Shown one piece after another: positions 37,892 through 48,900 of a DNA stretch of 64,000 nt. The notes beneath the pieces were generated by a model. It made no database searches. It saw only the letters and a list, made by a program, of their open reading frames with translations, and had not been told where the DNA came from. The DNA is from an uncultured Pirellulales bacterium (GTDB taxonomy: Bacteria > Planctomycetota > Phycisphaerae > Sedimentisphaerales > Anaerobacaceae), in contig CAZBWE010000001.1 of assembly GCA_964495465.1 (NCBI GenBank), positions 2,572-66,571 on the forward strand. The letters run 5' to 3'. Numbering within the stretch: the stretch's first letter is position 1; the number at the start of each line of letters is the position of its first letter. The translations under genes were made by a program, and so were the position numbers.

Positions 37892-39160
37892 ATGCCTTTT
37901 TCAACCATCGGCCAACCAAAGCGCCATAAGGTTCTGCCCCATATAATATTGGCAGGGCTCCTCCCTGTTGTATTTTGCGGTTGTAAGTCAAGGCAGCTTA
38001 TCAAACCGACCCCACAAATGGATGTCGAACAGAACTTCTGGGTGAGGGTTCTGCTGCTAAACAACATCACAGAGTGCTCCCTGGGAACCGATTCATCCTT
38101 TAGCGTCATCAATCCACAAACACAAATGCTGGAAGTCCGATACGTCCAAGTTGATGAACCAATAAAAGCCACTGTCTCAGGCGGGGCAATTACGGTCGGC
38201 AGTCGTCACTCCGGAAGCAAAGAAGTAATTATCCTGCCAACAGCACCTCACATATTTAACCTGAACGGCAGTGACTACCGCGGCAAACTAAAGCTCATAA
38301 TCAATTCGGACGGCAAGAGCTTTGACGTGATAAATTTTGTGCCGCTCGAGCCATACCTCGCAGGTGTTGTCGGAGCTGAGATGCCCGACTACTGGGAGCC
38401 GGCGGCTCTGGAAGCCCAGACAATCGCTGCGAGAACGTATTGCCTGTATTATAAGAAACAATTCGGCTCCAAACGCACCTGGGACGTGCAAAAAACACAG
38501 GCAAACCAGGTTTACCTCGGTGTATCTGCCGAGTCGGCTCAGATTTGGGAAGCCATAAATAAAACATACGGCAAGGTTCTGGTCTGCAGGCAGCCCGACG
38601 GCAGCGAAGATATTTTTCCCGCTTATTACAGCTCGACCTGCGGCGGTCATACGGAAGACAGCAAAAACGTATTCGGCGATTCCTTCGAAGCCCTCGTCGG
38701 AGTACAATGCCCATATTGTCAGGATGTGGCCAGACTAAACACTTTTTTCTGGCCTATGGTCCAGTTCAAAAAGAGTGAAGTCACAAGTAAACTACTGGAA
38801 AAATACCCAAAGTTAAAGAGCATCGGAGAAATCAAAAATATCACAGCAGTCGAACAAAGCGACTATGGGCAATTCTCGCGGCTGACGAAGATAAAACTCG
38901 TCGGCTCAACAGGCAAAAGTGAATTTTTAAGAGCCGAAGACCTGCGGCTGACAATCGACCCAACCGGTTACAAGATAAAAAGCACAAGCTGCCAAATCAT
39001 CGATATGGGAGACAAATGGGCATTTTCACTGGGCAGGGGCTGGGGGCACGGCGTCGGGATGTGCCAGTGTGGTGCGCAAGGTATGGCAAGGAGAGGAAAA
39101 ACTGCCAGCGAGATACTTCAGTATTACTATAAAGGTTCTAAAATAAAAACAATTTATTAA
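37892..39160 (+). CDS. SpoIID/LytB-domain protein (peptidoglycan lytic transglycosylase family)
   Basis: 422 aa. Contains LEPYLAGVVGAEMP, AQTIAARTYCLY, DVQKTQANQVYLG and YYSSTCGGHTED. Confidence 0.8.
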   Translation: MPFSTIGQPKRHKVLPHIILAGLLPVVFCGCKSRQLIKPTPQMDVEQNFWVRVLLLNNITECSLGTDSSFSVINPQTQMLEVRYVQVDEPIKATVSGGAITVGSRHSGSKEVIILPTAPHIFNLNGSDYRGKLKLIINSDGKSFDVINFVPLEPYLAGVVGAEMPDYWEPAALEAQTIAARTYCLYYKKQFGSKRTWDVQKTQANQVYLGVSAESAQIWEAINKTYGKVLVCRQPDGSEDIFPAYYSSTCGGHTEDSKNVFGDSFEALVGVQCPYCQDVARLNTFFWPMVQFKKSEVTSKLLEKYPKLKSIGEIKNITAVEQSDYGQFSRLTKIKLVGSTGKSEFLRAEDLRLTIDPTGYKIKSTSCQIIDMGDKWAFSLGRGWGHGVGMCQCGAQGMARRGKTASEILQYYYKGSKIKTIY

Positions 39161-39262
39161 TTAACGACGTTAGAATTTCCGTTTTGTTGAGCAACCCTGT
39201 GCAAAATAAGTGGACTAACTATTCGCAATGATTAACTCCACCAAACAAACGGCCATCCAAAA

Positions 39263-40363
39263 ATGAGTAACTTCGAGGTCATCTTTCAGGATTCCGGAAC
39301 AAAAGCCCGACGAGGCCGGCTGAAAACAGCTCACGGGGAGGTTGAAACACCCGCATTTATGCCGGTCGGCACGTCCGGTGCAGTAAAGGGAATCACCCCA
39401 CAACAAATCGAAGAAAGCGGCGCTTCAATTATCCTTGCCAATATGTATCACCTGCTACTAAGGCCGGGGATTGAGACGGTCGAAAAACTCGGGGGGCTAC
39501 ACAAACTTATGGGGTGGGACAAGCCGATATTGACCGACAGCGGCGGTTACCAAATCTTCTCCCTGAGCTCGCTGACAAAAGTCGATGACGATGGGGTCGA
39601 ATTCGCCAGCCATATAGACGGGGCAAAGGTATATCTTAACGCCGAGGAGGCGACAAAGATTCAAAACCGGTTAGGTGCTGATATAATAATGTGCCTTGAC
39701 CAATGCACTGCTTTCGATATTGAGCAACAGCAGCTGAAAAGAGCCGTGGAAAGAACAATCAACTGGGCAAGGCATGCCAAAAAAGCACACAGTAACTCAA
39801 AACAGCTATTGTTCGGCATTGTTCAGGGGGGAATAAACCCGGAAATGCGAACTTATTGTGCCAGCGAGCTTGTCAAACTGGCCTTTGACGGGTATGCTAT
39901 CGGGGGTTTGAGTGTAGGTGAAGGTCATAATAATATGATAAATACGGTTTCTCAGACAGCACAACTCCTGCCAGCTGACAGTCCTCGATATCTGATGGGT
40001 GTCGGTATGCCGGCAGATATCATCGCTGCGGTCAAAGCCGGGGTCGATATGTTCGACTGCGTTCTGCCGACGCGGAACGGGCGAAACGCCTTTGCCTTTA
40101 CCGACAACGGTCCCGTCAGATTGCGAAACAACGCACTAATAGACGACTGCAACCCAATTGAGGCAGGGTGCGACTGTTACTGCTGCAGGAATTTCAGCAG
40201 AGGAACCATCAGGCATTTTTTCAACTGCGGAGAGATGCTCGGGCCGATTCTGACATCGATACACAATCTAAGATTCTTCCAGAGACTAATGGCAAAGATA
40301 AGAAAAGCCATCGAAAAAGACAAGTTCACCGATTTGGCCAAGAAAATGGTTATTGATTATTGA
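39263..40363 (+). CDS. tgt: tRNA-guanine transglycosylase (queuine tRNA-ribosyltransferase)
   Basis: 366 aa. Contains ARRGRLKTAHGEVETPAFMPVGT, ILTDSGGYQIFSL, LFGIVQGG, GYAIGGLSVGE and the Zn site CDCYCC...H. Confidence 0.9.
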   Translation: MSNFEVIFQDSGTKARRGRLKTAHGEVETPAFMPVGTSGAVKGITPQQIEESGASIILANMYHLLLRPGIETVEKLGGLHKLMGWDKPILTDSGGYQIFSLSSLTKVDDDGVEFASHIDGAKVYLNAEEATKIQNRLGADIIMCLDQCTAFDIEQQQLKRAVERTINWARHAKKAHSNSKQLLFGIVQGGINPEMRTYCASELVKLAFDGYAIGGLSVGEGHNNMINTVSQTAQLLPADSPRYLMGVGMPADIIAAVKAGVDMFDCVLPTRNGRNAFAFTDNGPVRLRNNALIDDCNPIEAGCDCYCCRNFSRGTIRHFFNCGEMLGPILTSIHNLRFFQRLMAKIRKAIEKDKFTDLAKKMVIDY

Positions 40364-40427
40364 TAACTGATAACTTAACATCTCCGTAATAGAGTAATAA
40401 CGGACATTAATTTAAGGGAAAACAAAG

Positions 40428-40844
40428 ATGAATAATATGTGGATATTAGCCCAAACAGAAACCAACGAGGCATCTTCACAAGTTACGTCAAAACCGCTAA
40501 ATGAGCAAGGCGAAGCGATGACGAAAGTCCCGGCCGATTCCAACGCTGTTATGACCGAAGGTGAACCGCGAAAGACACTTTTCCCGCCGTGGATCCTACT
40601 TGCTTTAATGGTCTTAATGCTATTTATACTCTTTAGAGGCCCCCGTAAAAAACGACAGGAACAGAAAAAAATGGTCCAATCGCTGGAAAAAAATGACAGA
40701 GTCAGAACGATTGGCGGAATTATCGGCACCGTTGTCGATATTAAGGGGGATGATATTACGTTGAAAATCGATGAGTCAAACAATACAAAGATGCATGTTG
40801 TCTCTTCAGCAATCGGAAAGAATTTGACGAAAGATAAAAGTTAG
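40428..40844 (+). CDS. yajC: Preprotein translocase subunit YajC
   Basis: 138 aa with a single TM segment. Contains RKKRQEQKKMVQSLEKNDRVRTIGGIIGTVVDIKGDDITLKID, and the gene sits in the conserved tgt-yajC-secDF context. Confidence 0.8.
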   Translation: MNNMWILAQTETNEASSQVTSKPLNEQGEAMTKVPADSNAVMTEGEPRKTLFPPWILLALMVLMLFILFRGPRKKRQEQKKMVQSLEKNDRVRTIGGIIGTVVDIKGDDITLKIDESNNTKMHVVSSAIGKNLTKDKS

Positions 40845-40910
40845 CTTTGTGTAATAAGTTCATTGTTCTTTGGCACAACTATGAACAACAAACTATGAAA
40901 GAGAGAATTT

Positions 40911-43900
40911 ATGGGTAAGAATCTGTTGCCGAAATTTGCATTAATTATAGTTTTAGTGCTCCTTGCGGCCTGGACTTTATATCCGCCAAACAAGACTTTG
41001 AAGCCGGGCATAGACCTTGCAGGCGGAACAAGTCTCATCTACGAAATTGACACCGAAGGGCTCAAAGAAAATGAGAAGCAGGATTTGGCTGAGAAGATGA
41101 TAACGGTCCTGCGCAGACGAATAGACCCTGCCAACATCCAAAATCTCGTATGGCGTACCCAGGGCAATACACGGTTTGAAATACAAATGCCACTGTCGAG
41201 CGCAGAAGCACATACGAAGCGCCAAAATTACGAACAGGCCCTGAACAAATTACTGGCCAAAAATTTGAGCCCCGTGATAATTATGCGCTCGCTGAAAAAA
41301 CCGGCGGAAGAACGAGCCAAAGACTTCGAGGATTTTGCCGAGGCCGACCCAAACAGACTCACAATTCTCTCAGATCTCGCCAAGGCTTACGACGAGCGCA
41401 GGAATCTACAAGATAAGAGGGACAAGCTCGAACCGGAGCTGCAAGGTATAGAAAATACGATATCATCGGCGGGACTGGACCTCGAGCAGATAAAGATAAT
41501 GAGAAGCGAGTGGGCCAAATTAGATGATGAGAAACTAAAGAATACATTAAAAGAATTTACCGATAACAGCGGCAACATCGAGCTTTTAACCGGCTATGTT
41601 AAAACATACGCAGAGTGGGCCGGTGTGCTCGAACAGCTAACCGACCCTGAAACCGGAAAAAATGCACAATATGAAAAGGCCAAAAAAGACCTCGATAAAT
41701 TAAATCTGACCGAAGACCAGATAAATCTCATCCTGCAGATGCCCGCCAAATCGGTCAGACGCACCGCCGGCATTGAAGAACTCAAAAGAAAGTTTCCCGA
41801 CCGTTCAATTGAAATCGACAATATAGTTGCAGCGTTCAACGAATATCGCCCATTCAGAGGCAGACTCGATAATCCCAAGGACCTTCAACGAATGCTCAAA
41901 GGGGCCGGTATATTAGAGTTCAGGATACTGCCGACGCAGGGACATCCGGAAGTAGATATGAACCTGATGACCGGTTATGTCGAATCACTTAAGGAAAAAG
42001 GACCCAAATACGCATCGGATAATAAGTTCGTCTGGTGCGAGGTAGAAGATATCAAAGAATGGCGTGCAATTGACGACCAAAAACGCCCTTCAATAGTCGG
42101 CCAATTCGGCGATAAATACTATGTTCTGGCAAATAACGACAAAGAACACGTAATGCTTCACCGCGGCGAGGGCAGTGACTGGAAGCTGACAAAGGCATCT
42201 CCCGGCAGGGAACCTCAAACGGGTCGAAGAGCCATTGACTTTGTCCTGGACGACAAAGGCGGAAGGATGTTCGGGAAAATTACCGGCAACAATATCGGCA
42301 GACCGTTGTGTATCCTGCTGGACGGAGTTGCAATATCAGCACCAAGTATCAATTCGAGGATAACCACACGAGGCCAGATAACAGGTAGATTCTCAGAAGA
42401 TGAGCAGCGTGACCTGGTCGATAAGCTGAACGCCGGCTCATTACCGGCCCGGCTGATAGAGCAGCCCATCAGTGTAAAGACAATCGGCCCATCTATCGGA
42501 GCCGACAACCGCAATCAGGGAATCAAGGCGGGTATAATCGGCCTTACGGCGGTAACAGCCAGCATGCTTGTTTATTATATGCTCTCAGGGTCAATAGCCG
42601 ATGTAGCATTGCTTATGAATATCCTGCTTGTTCTGGCAACAATGGTGGTGCTGCGGGCAACTTTCACACTGCCGGGTATCGCCGGCATAATACTAACGAT
42701 TGGTATGAGCGTTGACGCCAACGTTCTGATATTCGAGAGAATCCGCGAAGAACAGCTGCGAGGTTCGTCTTTGAGAGTCGCTGTAGCAAACGGCTACCAG
42801 AGAGCATTCAGGACCATCTTCGATGCCAATATCACTACGTTCATCACAGCGGCAATTCTTTACTGGCGGGCATCAGAAGAGGTAAAGGGCTTTGCCATTG
42901 TTCTTATGCTCGGCATCTTATCGAGTATGTTTACGGCACTATTTGTCACCCGCGTGATTTTTGATTTTCTGTTAGCGAAGCGAATTATCAAAGACCATTT
43001 ATTTATGCTGCGCCTGATACACAATCCAAATGTAAACTGGATGGGACTTAGGCCGGTTTTTTTTACTATTTCAACCGCTCTTATCGTTGCAGGATTATTT
43101 GTCTTCTTTACCAGAGACGATACGGAAAACAGTAAATATGATATTGAGTTTACCGGTGGAACTTCCGTGCAAATCAATTTCAAAGAGGGTGTTCAGCTCA
43201 ACAGGGGCGAGGTGGAAGACAGAATACAGCAGTTAGGGGAAAAACTAAACAATCCCGGCCTTGCAACAGTAAATGTTTACAGCATCGGAAAAACCGGCAG
43301 ACAATACGAAATCAACACTACGGAGACAAACAAAACCACCACCACTATAACATTTACCGAAACAGACCAGTCAAATCCCAACACCGTTGAAACCGTAACT
43401 AAAGCAATCGAGAACACTCAGAGCAAATTTTCCGCAAGATTAAATAATCTGGCTGTAACTAAAGATGCCAACAGCTCGATGAAATTTATCATAACAAGCA
43501 GCCAAATGAATGAAACAATAATCACAAATGTGCTTAAAGCTGCTTTTCCCAAAGCCCGAATTTCGGAACCGGAGATTGACGAGGTCGTTAATGATGCAAT
43601 TTTCTCTGCGTTTGAAAACGAACTTGAAATCCAGCAAAATCTTCTGCCTCAAATAACCTCCAAAGAAAAAATAACCGAAGAGACAATAGAATCCTACCCC
43701 GAACTTGGTGATTTTCTTGGCGGCATAAAAATAACCTGTAAAATCGAAAGAACAACCTCGGCTGAAGACATCAATGCGAGACTGGCATCTCTGCGGTTCA
43801 AGCCGGATATGCGAGAAGTTAAATGGTACTCTTATAAAATCCTCAACGCCGAGCTAAACCCGATAAAACAACCGAATCAAGGGATAGAATCCTTCGTTTA

Positions 43901-44600
43901 TTTAAGCGCTGAGCCGGAGGCGGGTTTGCGTGAGCTAAGCGAGGACGAATGGCGGACATTTGCCGAAAACGAAACGACAAAAGTCCTGGCCGCAACAGAA
44001 CTCGAAACGTCACTTCCACGGGTGACACAGATAGACCCGTCGGTCGGAGCGGAACAAAAGACACGGGCGCTGATTGCAATTATACTATCGCTGTTTGCAA
44101 TCGTTACTTATATCTGGATTCGATTCGGCAATGTCCGCTACGGCATCGCAGCTATTATAGCGCTGGTGCACGACGTATGTATCACATTAGGAGCGGTAAC
44201 GGCCTGCACCTATATCGCAGCAAGCCCAATCGGTGAAAAACTTTTAATCGGAGATTTCAAAATCAACCTGGCAATGATAGCCGCTTTTCTGACACTGATT
44301 GGATATTCACTGAACGATACGATTGTCGTGTTCGACCGTATCAGGGAGAATCGCAAAAAGGCGCATCTTAATTCAAAGATAATTACCGACAGCATCAATC
44401 AGACCATTTCCAGAACGATTTTGACGTCCTTCACAACCTTTATAGTTGTGCTGATAATGTATATATTCGGCGGGGCCGCCCTGAGGGGCTTTACGTTCGC
44501 AATCGGCTTCGGCATTGTCATCGGTACATACTCGTCGATAGCAATAGCGGCACCGATATTACTGCTGGGCACAAAAACAAAAGTAGAAAAAGGCAAATAG
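40911..44600 (+). CDS. secDF: SecD-SecF fusion protein with greatly expanded periplasmic domains
   Basis: 1229 aa. The SecD start is LGLDLAGG-like (IDLAGGTSLIYE). The SecD TM bundle is GIAGIILTIGMSVDANVLIFERIREE. The SecF part contains DIEFTGGTSVQ and LNDTIVVFDRIREN. Confidence 0.85.
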   Translation: MGKNLLPKFALIIVLVLLAAWTLYPPNKTLKPGIDLAGGTSLIYEIDTEGLKENEKQDLAEKMITVLRRRIDPANIQNLVWRTQGNTRFEIQMPLSSAEAHTKRQNYEQALNKLLAKNLSPVIIMRSLKKPAEERAKDFEDFAEADPNRLTILSDLAKAYDERRNLQDKRDKLEPELQGIENTISSAGLDLEQIKIMRSEWAKLDDEKLKNTLKEFTDNSGNIELLTGYVKTYAEWAGVLEQLTDPETGKNAQYEKAKKDLDKLNLTEDQINLILQMPAKSVRRTAGIEELKRKFPDRSIEIDNIVAAFNEYRPFRGRLDNPKDLQRMLKGAGILEFRILPTQGHPEVDMNLMTGYVESLKEKGPKYASDNKFVWCEVEDIKEWRAIDDQKRPSIVGQFGDKYYVLANNDKEHVMLHRGEGSDWKLTKASPGREPQTGRRAIDFVLDDKGGRMFGKITGNNIGRPLCILLDGVAISAPSINSRITTRGQITGRFSEDEQRDLVDKLNAGSLPARLIEQPISVKTIGPSIGADNRNQGIKAGIIGLTAVTASMLVYYMLSGSIADVALLMNILLVLATMVVLRATFTLPGIAGIILTIGMSVDANVLIFERIREEQLRGSSLRVAVANGYQRAFRTIFDANITTFITAAILYWRASEEVKGFAIVLMLGILSSMFTALFVTRVIFDFLLAKRIIKDHLFMLRLIHNPNVNWMGLRPVFFTISTALIVAGLFVFFTRDDTENSKYDIEFTGGTSVQINFKEGVQLNRGEVEDRIQQLGEKLNNPGLATVNVYSIGKTGRQYEINTTETNKTTTTITFTETDQSNPNTVETVTKAIENTQSKFSARLNNLAVTKDANSSMKFIITSSQMNETIITNVLKAAFPKARISEPEIDEVVNDAIFSAFENELEIQQNLLPQITSKEKITEETIESYPELGDFLGGIKITCKIERTTSAEDINARLASLRFKPDMREVKWYSYKILNAELNPIKQPNQGIESFVYLSAEPEAGLRELSEDEWRTFAENETTKVLAATELETSLPRVTQIDPSVGAEQKTRALIAIILSLFAIVTYIWIRFGNVRYGIAAIIALVHDVCITLGAVTACTYIAASPIGEKLLIGDFKINLAMIAAFLTLIGYSLNDTIVVFDRIRENRKKAHLNSKIITDSINQTISRTILTSFTTFIVVLIMYIFGGAALRGFTFAIGFGIVIGTYSSIAIAAPILLLGTKTKVEKGK

Positions 44601-44704
44601 AAAATCAGCCGCGGACTATACAGATTGAGCCAGCACATAGTCTGCGTTCTCGTGGAAATAAGTTTCGCAGAAGTGACGTTATAATTGAAAATCAAAATCC
44701 GCAA

Positions 44705-45487
44705 TCATATAGCTTTTGCGGCATCGCGGTCGATGAGCCAGGTGATTTTGTCCAGGGCCGGCCAAAGTGCGTGAATTGGATAGCGGACCTCATCCGGCTC
44801 GCTGGTTAAAACCTCTTTCAAGATACCGGCTTTTTCTTCGCCGCTAACCAAAACAGCCAAATGAGATGCAGCACATAAAACCGGATGCGTGAGAGTGACG
44901 CGAGTTAGCTTCTCATCGAGTACATAAACCACACAAGCCAAATCGTCCGTGTCAAAACAGGCATAGCTATTAGGAAATAATGAACCCGTGTGGCCCTCAA
45001 CACCCATTCCAAGCACAACCAAATCAAACTCAGGGATCTGTTTTTCAGCCAGGTGGAAAACTTCACGAATTGTTTGCTCATAATAGCTGGCTGAAGCCAT
45101 AAAATCGCTGTGCTCGGTTGGAATGCGATGAATGTTCTCCTGCGGGATGGTAACTTTAGGCAAGAATGTGTCGGCAGCCAGTTTATAGTTGCTCCACTCT
45201 GAATCCGGGGGAACGTAGCGCTCGTCCACCCAGAACAAATGTATCTTATCCCAGGGCAGCGATGTCGCTTTCTGGTCTTCACCTAAAAGCTGAAAAAAAC
45301 GTTTTGGGGTATGCCCACCGGATATGGCAACGTGAAAGACGTCCCTGGCTTTTATCGCTTTCAGCGCATCAGCAACAAAGACATCAACACTTCTATGGGC
45401 AAGTGTTTCAGGGTCGGACACAATTTCCATATTCGGTTTATACTTTGCAATAGTCTCCATACCTTCAAACTCCCTTTCATCTCGCAA
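44705..45487 (-). CDS. pgl: 6-phosphogluconolactonase
   Basis: Contains FHVAISGGHTPKRFF, HLFWVDERYVP and DLVVLGMGVEGHTGSLFP. The likely start is M20 (45430, MEIVSDPETLA). Confidence 0.8.
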   Translation of the reverse strand: MRDEREFEGMETIAKYKPNMEIVSDPETLAHRSVDVFVADALKAIKARDVFHVAISGGHTPKRFFQLLGEDQKATSLPWDKIHLFWVDERYVPPDSEWSNYKLAADTFLPKVTIPQENIHRIPTEHSDFMASASYYEQTIREVFHLAEKQIPEFDLVVLGMGVEGHTGSLFPNSYACFDTDDLACVVYVLDEKLTRVTLTHPVLCAASHLAVLVSGEEKAGILKEVLTSEPDEVRYPIHALWPALDKITWLIDRDAAKAI

Positions 45488-45670
45488 AAGTCAACCTAAA
45501 CCATTTTCTAACTTAAGAGGTGATTCCGCCAGAAAATTTTTCAAAAAAGAAAAAAAGTTACTCTATTATCTCCGGGGCTTGGTAAGTCCCGCCCACAAAA
45601 TAACTTACAGAACAATGTAACATTGAATAAGCCGAAGCATATGCCCAATTAGTACGAGCCAGGGCCCCCT

Positions 45671-45961
45671 TCAGGTAACATCCTCAATCTCCCACATAAA
45701 CGCTTTAAGACCCTCTGAACCGAGTTTTTCTCTCATCTGGCGGATATTCTCCATTACCTGTTTGGCCTTGACCTGGTCTGTAACAATAAAAGTACCATAG
45801 TTTACCCCCGGCCAAACATCGGTATTTAAATGCGGCTCACTGAGCCGGCCTTTGCCTAAAGTATCAGTAAATTTAGTATAACAATCAATCCCGATAGAGA
45901 CCAATGCCTCGTTGACCTGCTCATCTACCGCAACATTGTGCATAATCAAAACAGCTTTCAT
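45671..45961 (-). CDS. Small cytoplasmic protein coupled to the RND pump (P-II-like size; possibly a transporter-associated family)
   Basis: 96 aa with no TM segment or signal peptide. Its start lies 2 nt after the RND stop. I recognise the family only tentatively. Confidence 0.4.
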   Translation of the reverse strand: MKAVLIMHNVAVDEQVNEALVSIGIDCYTKFTDTLGKGRLSEPHLNTDVWPGVNYGTFIVTDQVKAKQVMENIRQMREKLGSEGLKAFMWEIEDVT

Positions 45962-45963
45962 AA

Positions 45964-48900
45964 TTACCCTCTTGCATCAGTAGATTTAAAACCTTCAAAC
46001 ACACTATACAGAGTAGGCATCAGGACCAATGTAATAATTGTACCTACCAACAAACCACCAATTACCGTTATCGCAAATGGCACCCAGATTTCAGACCCCT
46101 CGCCTCTCGAGAGCGCCAGAGGTATCATCGCCAGAATCGTTGTAACGGTAGTGCATATCACAGGTCGCATTCTGCTGCGTCCCCCTTCCATTATTGCCGA
46201 ATAAACACTAAGACCACGGCGGCGGAGTATGCCTATAAAACTAATAAGAACAATCCCGTCATTTACAACAATACCAACCATCATAATCAGCGCCAGAAAG
46301 CTAACCACACTCATCGCCTGTCCCGTCAGAGCCAATGCAACAATCGCCCCCACAATACCAAACGGAATGGAGAGAAATATAATAAAGGGATCACGCAGAG
46401 ATTCGAACTGCGAAGCCATCACCATATACACCAATCCCATTCCCAAACCTACGGCTATGACCAACAGCTGGAATGCTTCTGTCCTTTCTTTCTCTGCACC
46501 GGCAAATTTATAACTGAAACCCGGCGGCGCAGGGATACTATCAAGGACTTTTCTAACATCCTTTACAACCGAGCCGAGGTCTCTGCCGATAATTTCGCCG
46601 GAAACGGTAATATATCGTGCCTGGTCTTTTCTTTCTATCTTCGTCGGCCCCACACCTTGCTCGATTGTAGCAATATTTGCCAAGCTGACCTGAGCACCTG
46701 TGGGCAAACTGATAAATACGTCTCGCAAATCTTCTATTCTGTCACGGTCCTTCTCCTGGAGCCGAACTTCTATATCATATTCATCACCGCCCTCGCGATA
46801 CCTCGTTGCGGTGCTACCTGCAAAAAACGTCTCTATCGTTTTGCCGATTGTTTTCACATCAAGTCCAAGCATAGATGCCTTTTCGCGGTCAACGATAACC
46901 TTAACCTCCGGTTTTTCTTCTTTTCTGCTGATTTCGACATCCTGCACACCATCAATGCTCTCCATTGCAGTTTTAACAGAATCTGCATATTGCCGGGCCA
47001 AATCCATATCGTGGCCATAAAGTTCGACAGACAAACCGCCACCGCTACCGAACATCATCGCTTCAAGCGGGTCCTCCGCACTATAACGAATTGTTACTCC
47101 CGGTATGTCACTCGTGATTTTACGAAGCCGTTTTATAAGGTCATTTGGTGAAACATCGCGCTGTGTTTTTGGTTTCAAGCTGATAAACATGATACCCTTG
47201 TAGCTTTCCTCCTCCGTGGCAAATTGTCCACCGCCAGCACCACCATAAACACCCCAGCGGATAAAGCTATCGCGCCTTTCAGGGACGCTATCTTCTGCTA
47301 TTTTTTGTAGTTGGTAGGCAACGGCACCGGTACGTTCATAGCGTGTGCCGATTGGTAACTCATAATTCGCTACCAGACGATTCTGGTCTTGTTCGGGGAA
47401 AAATTCGGTGCCGATAAATCCAACAAGACCAATGCTCCAAACAAACAAAAGTATACAGGAAATAAAAACCGTTTTTCGATTATTCAGCGACCAGTTCAGG
47501 AACTTCACATACAGGTCTTCTGTTTTATTTAAAACCTTCTCTCCCAAATTGTAAAAAGAGTCCAGTATGGATTTTGGTGAATTTGCATCACGCACAATCA
47601 AGATTTTTGAACACGCCATAGGCACAAGCATAAGGGCGGTAAACAGCGAAGCCACCAGGGCCATTACAACAATAGCTGCAAACTGTCCGAATATAATCGC
47701 AGCTATTCCACCAACAAATATAATCGGCGCAAAAATTGAAATGGTCGTCAGAGTAGAAGCAATAACGGCAACACCTACTTCATTTGCTCCGAGAATTGCA
47801 CCCTCTTTTGGCCTTTGGCCCTTGGTGCGATGACGATTGATATTATCAATAATAACAATGGCATTATCCACGACGAGACCAACGGCAATCGCCAGACTAG
47901 CCAAGGAAGTTTCATTAATTGTGTAATCGGCCAAGTACATCAGCAGAAATGTAATGATAAGTGATGTTGGAATCGCAAGTGCAACAATAATACTGGCTCG
48001 AAGGTCCCGCAGGAAAAAAAGAAGCACAATAAAGACAAAGAAAGCAGCCCATAAAACCGTATTACGCAAATTACCCACCGAAGCCAATATAAACTCGGAA
48101 TTATCCATTACCATCTTTAGCTCAACATCGGGCGGTAAATTCTTCTTTATTTCCTCGAGTTTTTCCCTGACCGCCCGCGCAACTGCAACTGTGTTTTCTC
48201 CGCTTTGCTTCTGGACAAATATAGCCATTGCCTTTTTGCCGTTCATTCGGACCTCATAGGTCCGCTCTTTGAAGAAATCTCTCACATCGGCAACATCTTT
48301 CAGTTTTATGGGTATATCGTTACGCCGGGCAATGACAACTTCGGCAACCTCCTGAGGGCTTGAAAATTCTTCAGGCGTACGCAACAGATAGTCCTTGTAA
48401 CCGGTCTTTATGTTACCGCCGGGAGTACTGATGTTTTGAGCGGCAAGAGCTGAATTTACCTGTGCAGCCGATAAATTCAAAGCGGCGAGCTTGTCGCGGT
48501 CGATATCAACTCGAATCTGCCGTTCCAATCCTCCCCGAGGTGTTACTGAAGCAACACCCTCAACACGCTTAAGAGGGTCAATTATCTCATCATCAACTAT
48601 TTTCTCTAAATCGGGATAGCTGTCATCAGCGGTAATTGCGATAATTGCAATCGGTATCATTGCAATATCAAACTTAAAAATAACAGGATTGTCGGCATCA
48701 TCAGGTAATATATCCCTAATCAGGTCTATCTTTTCGCGCACATCGTTAATACTTTCATCTATCTTTTCACCCCAATCAAATCTCAAAGTCACGGAGGATA
48801 TGCCTTCTTTGGAGATTGAAATTACCTCATCAACGCCTGATATGGTGCTGAGGGTGTCTTCCATCGGCTCAGTTATCAGCGTCTCTATTTCTTCGGGTCC

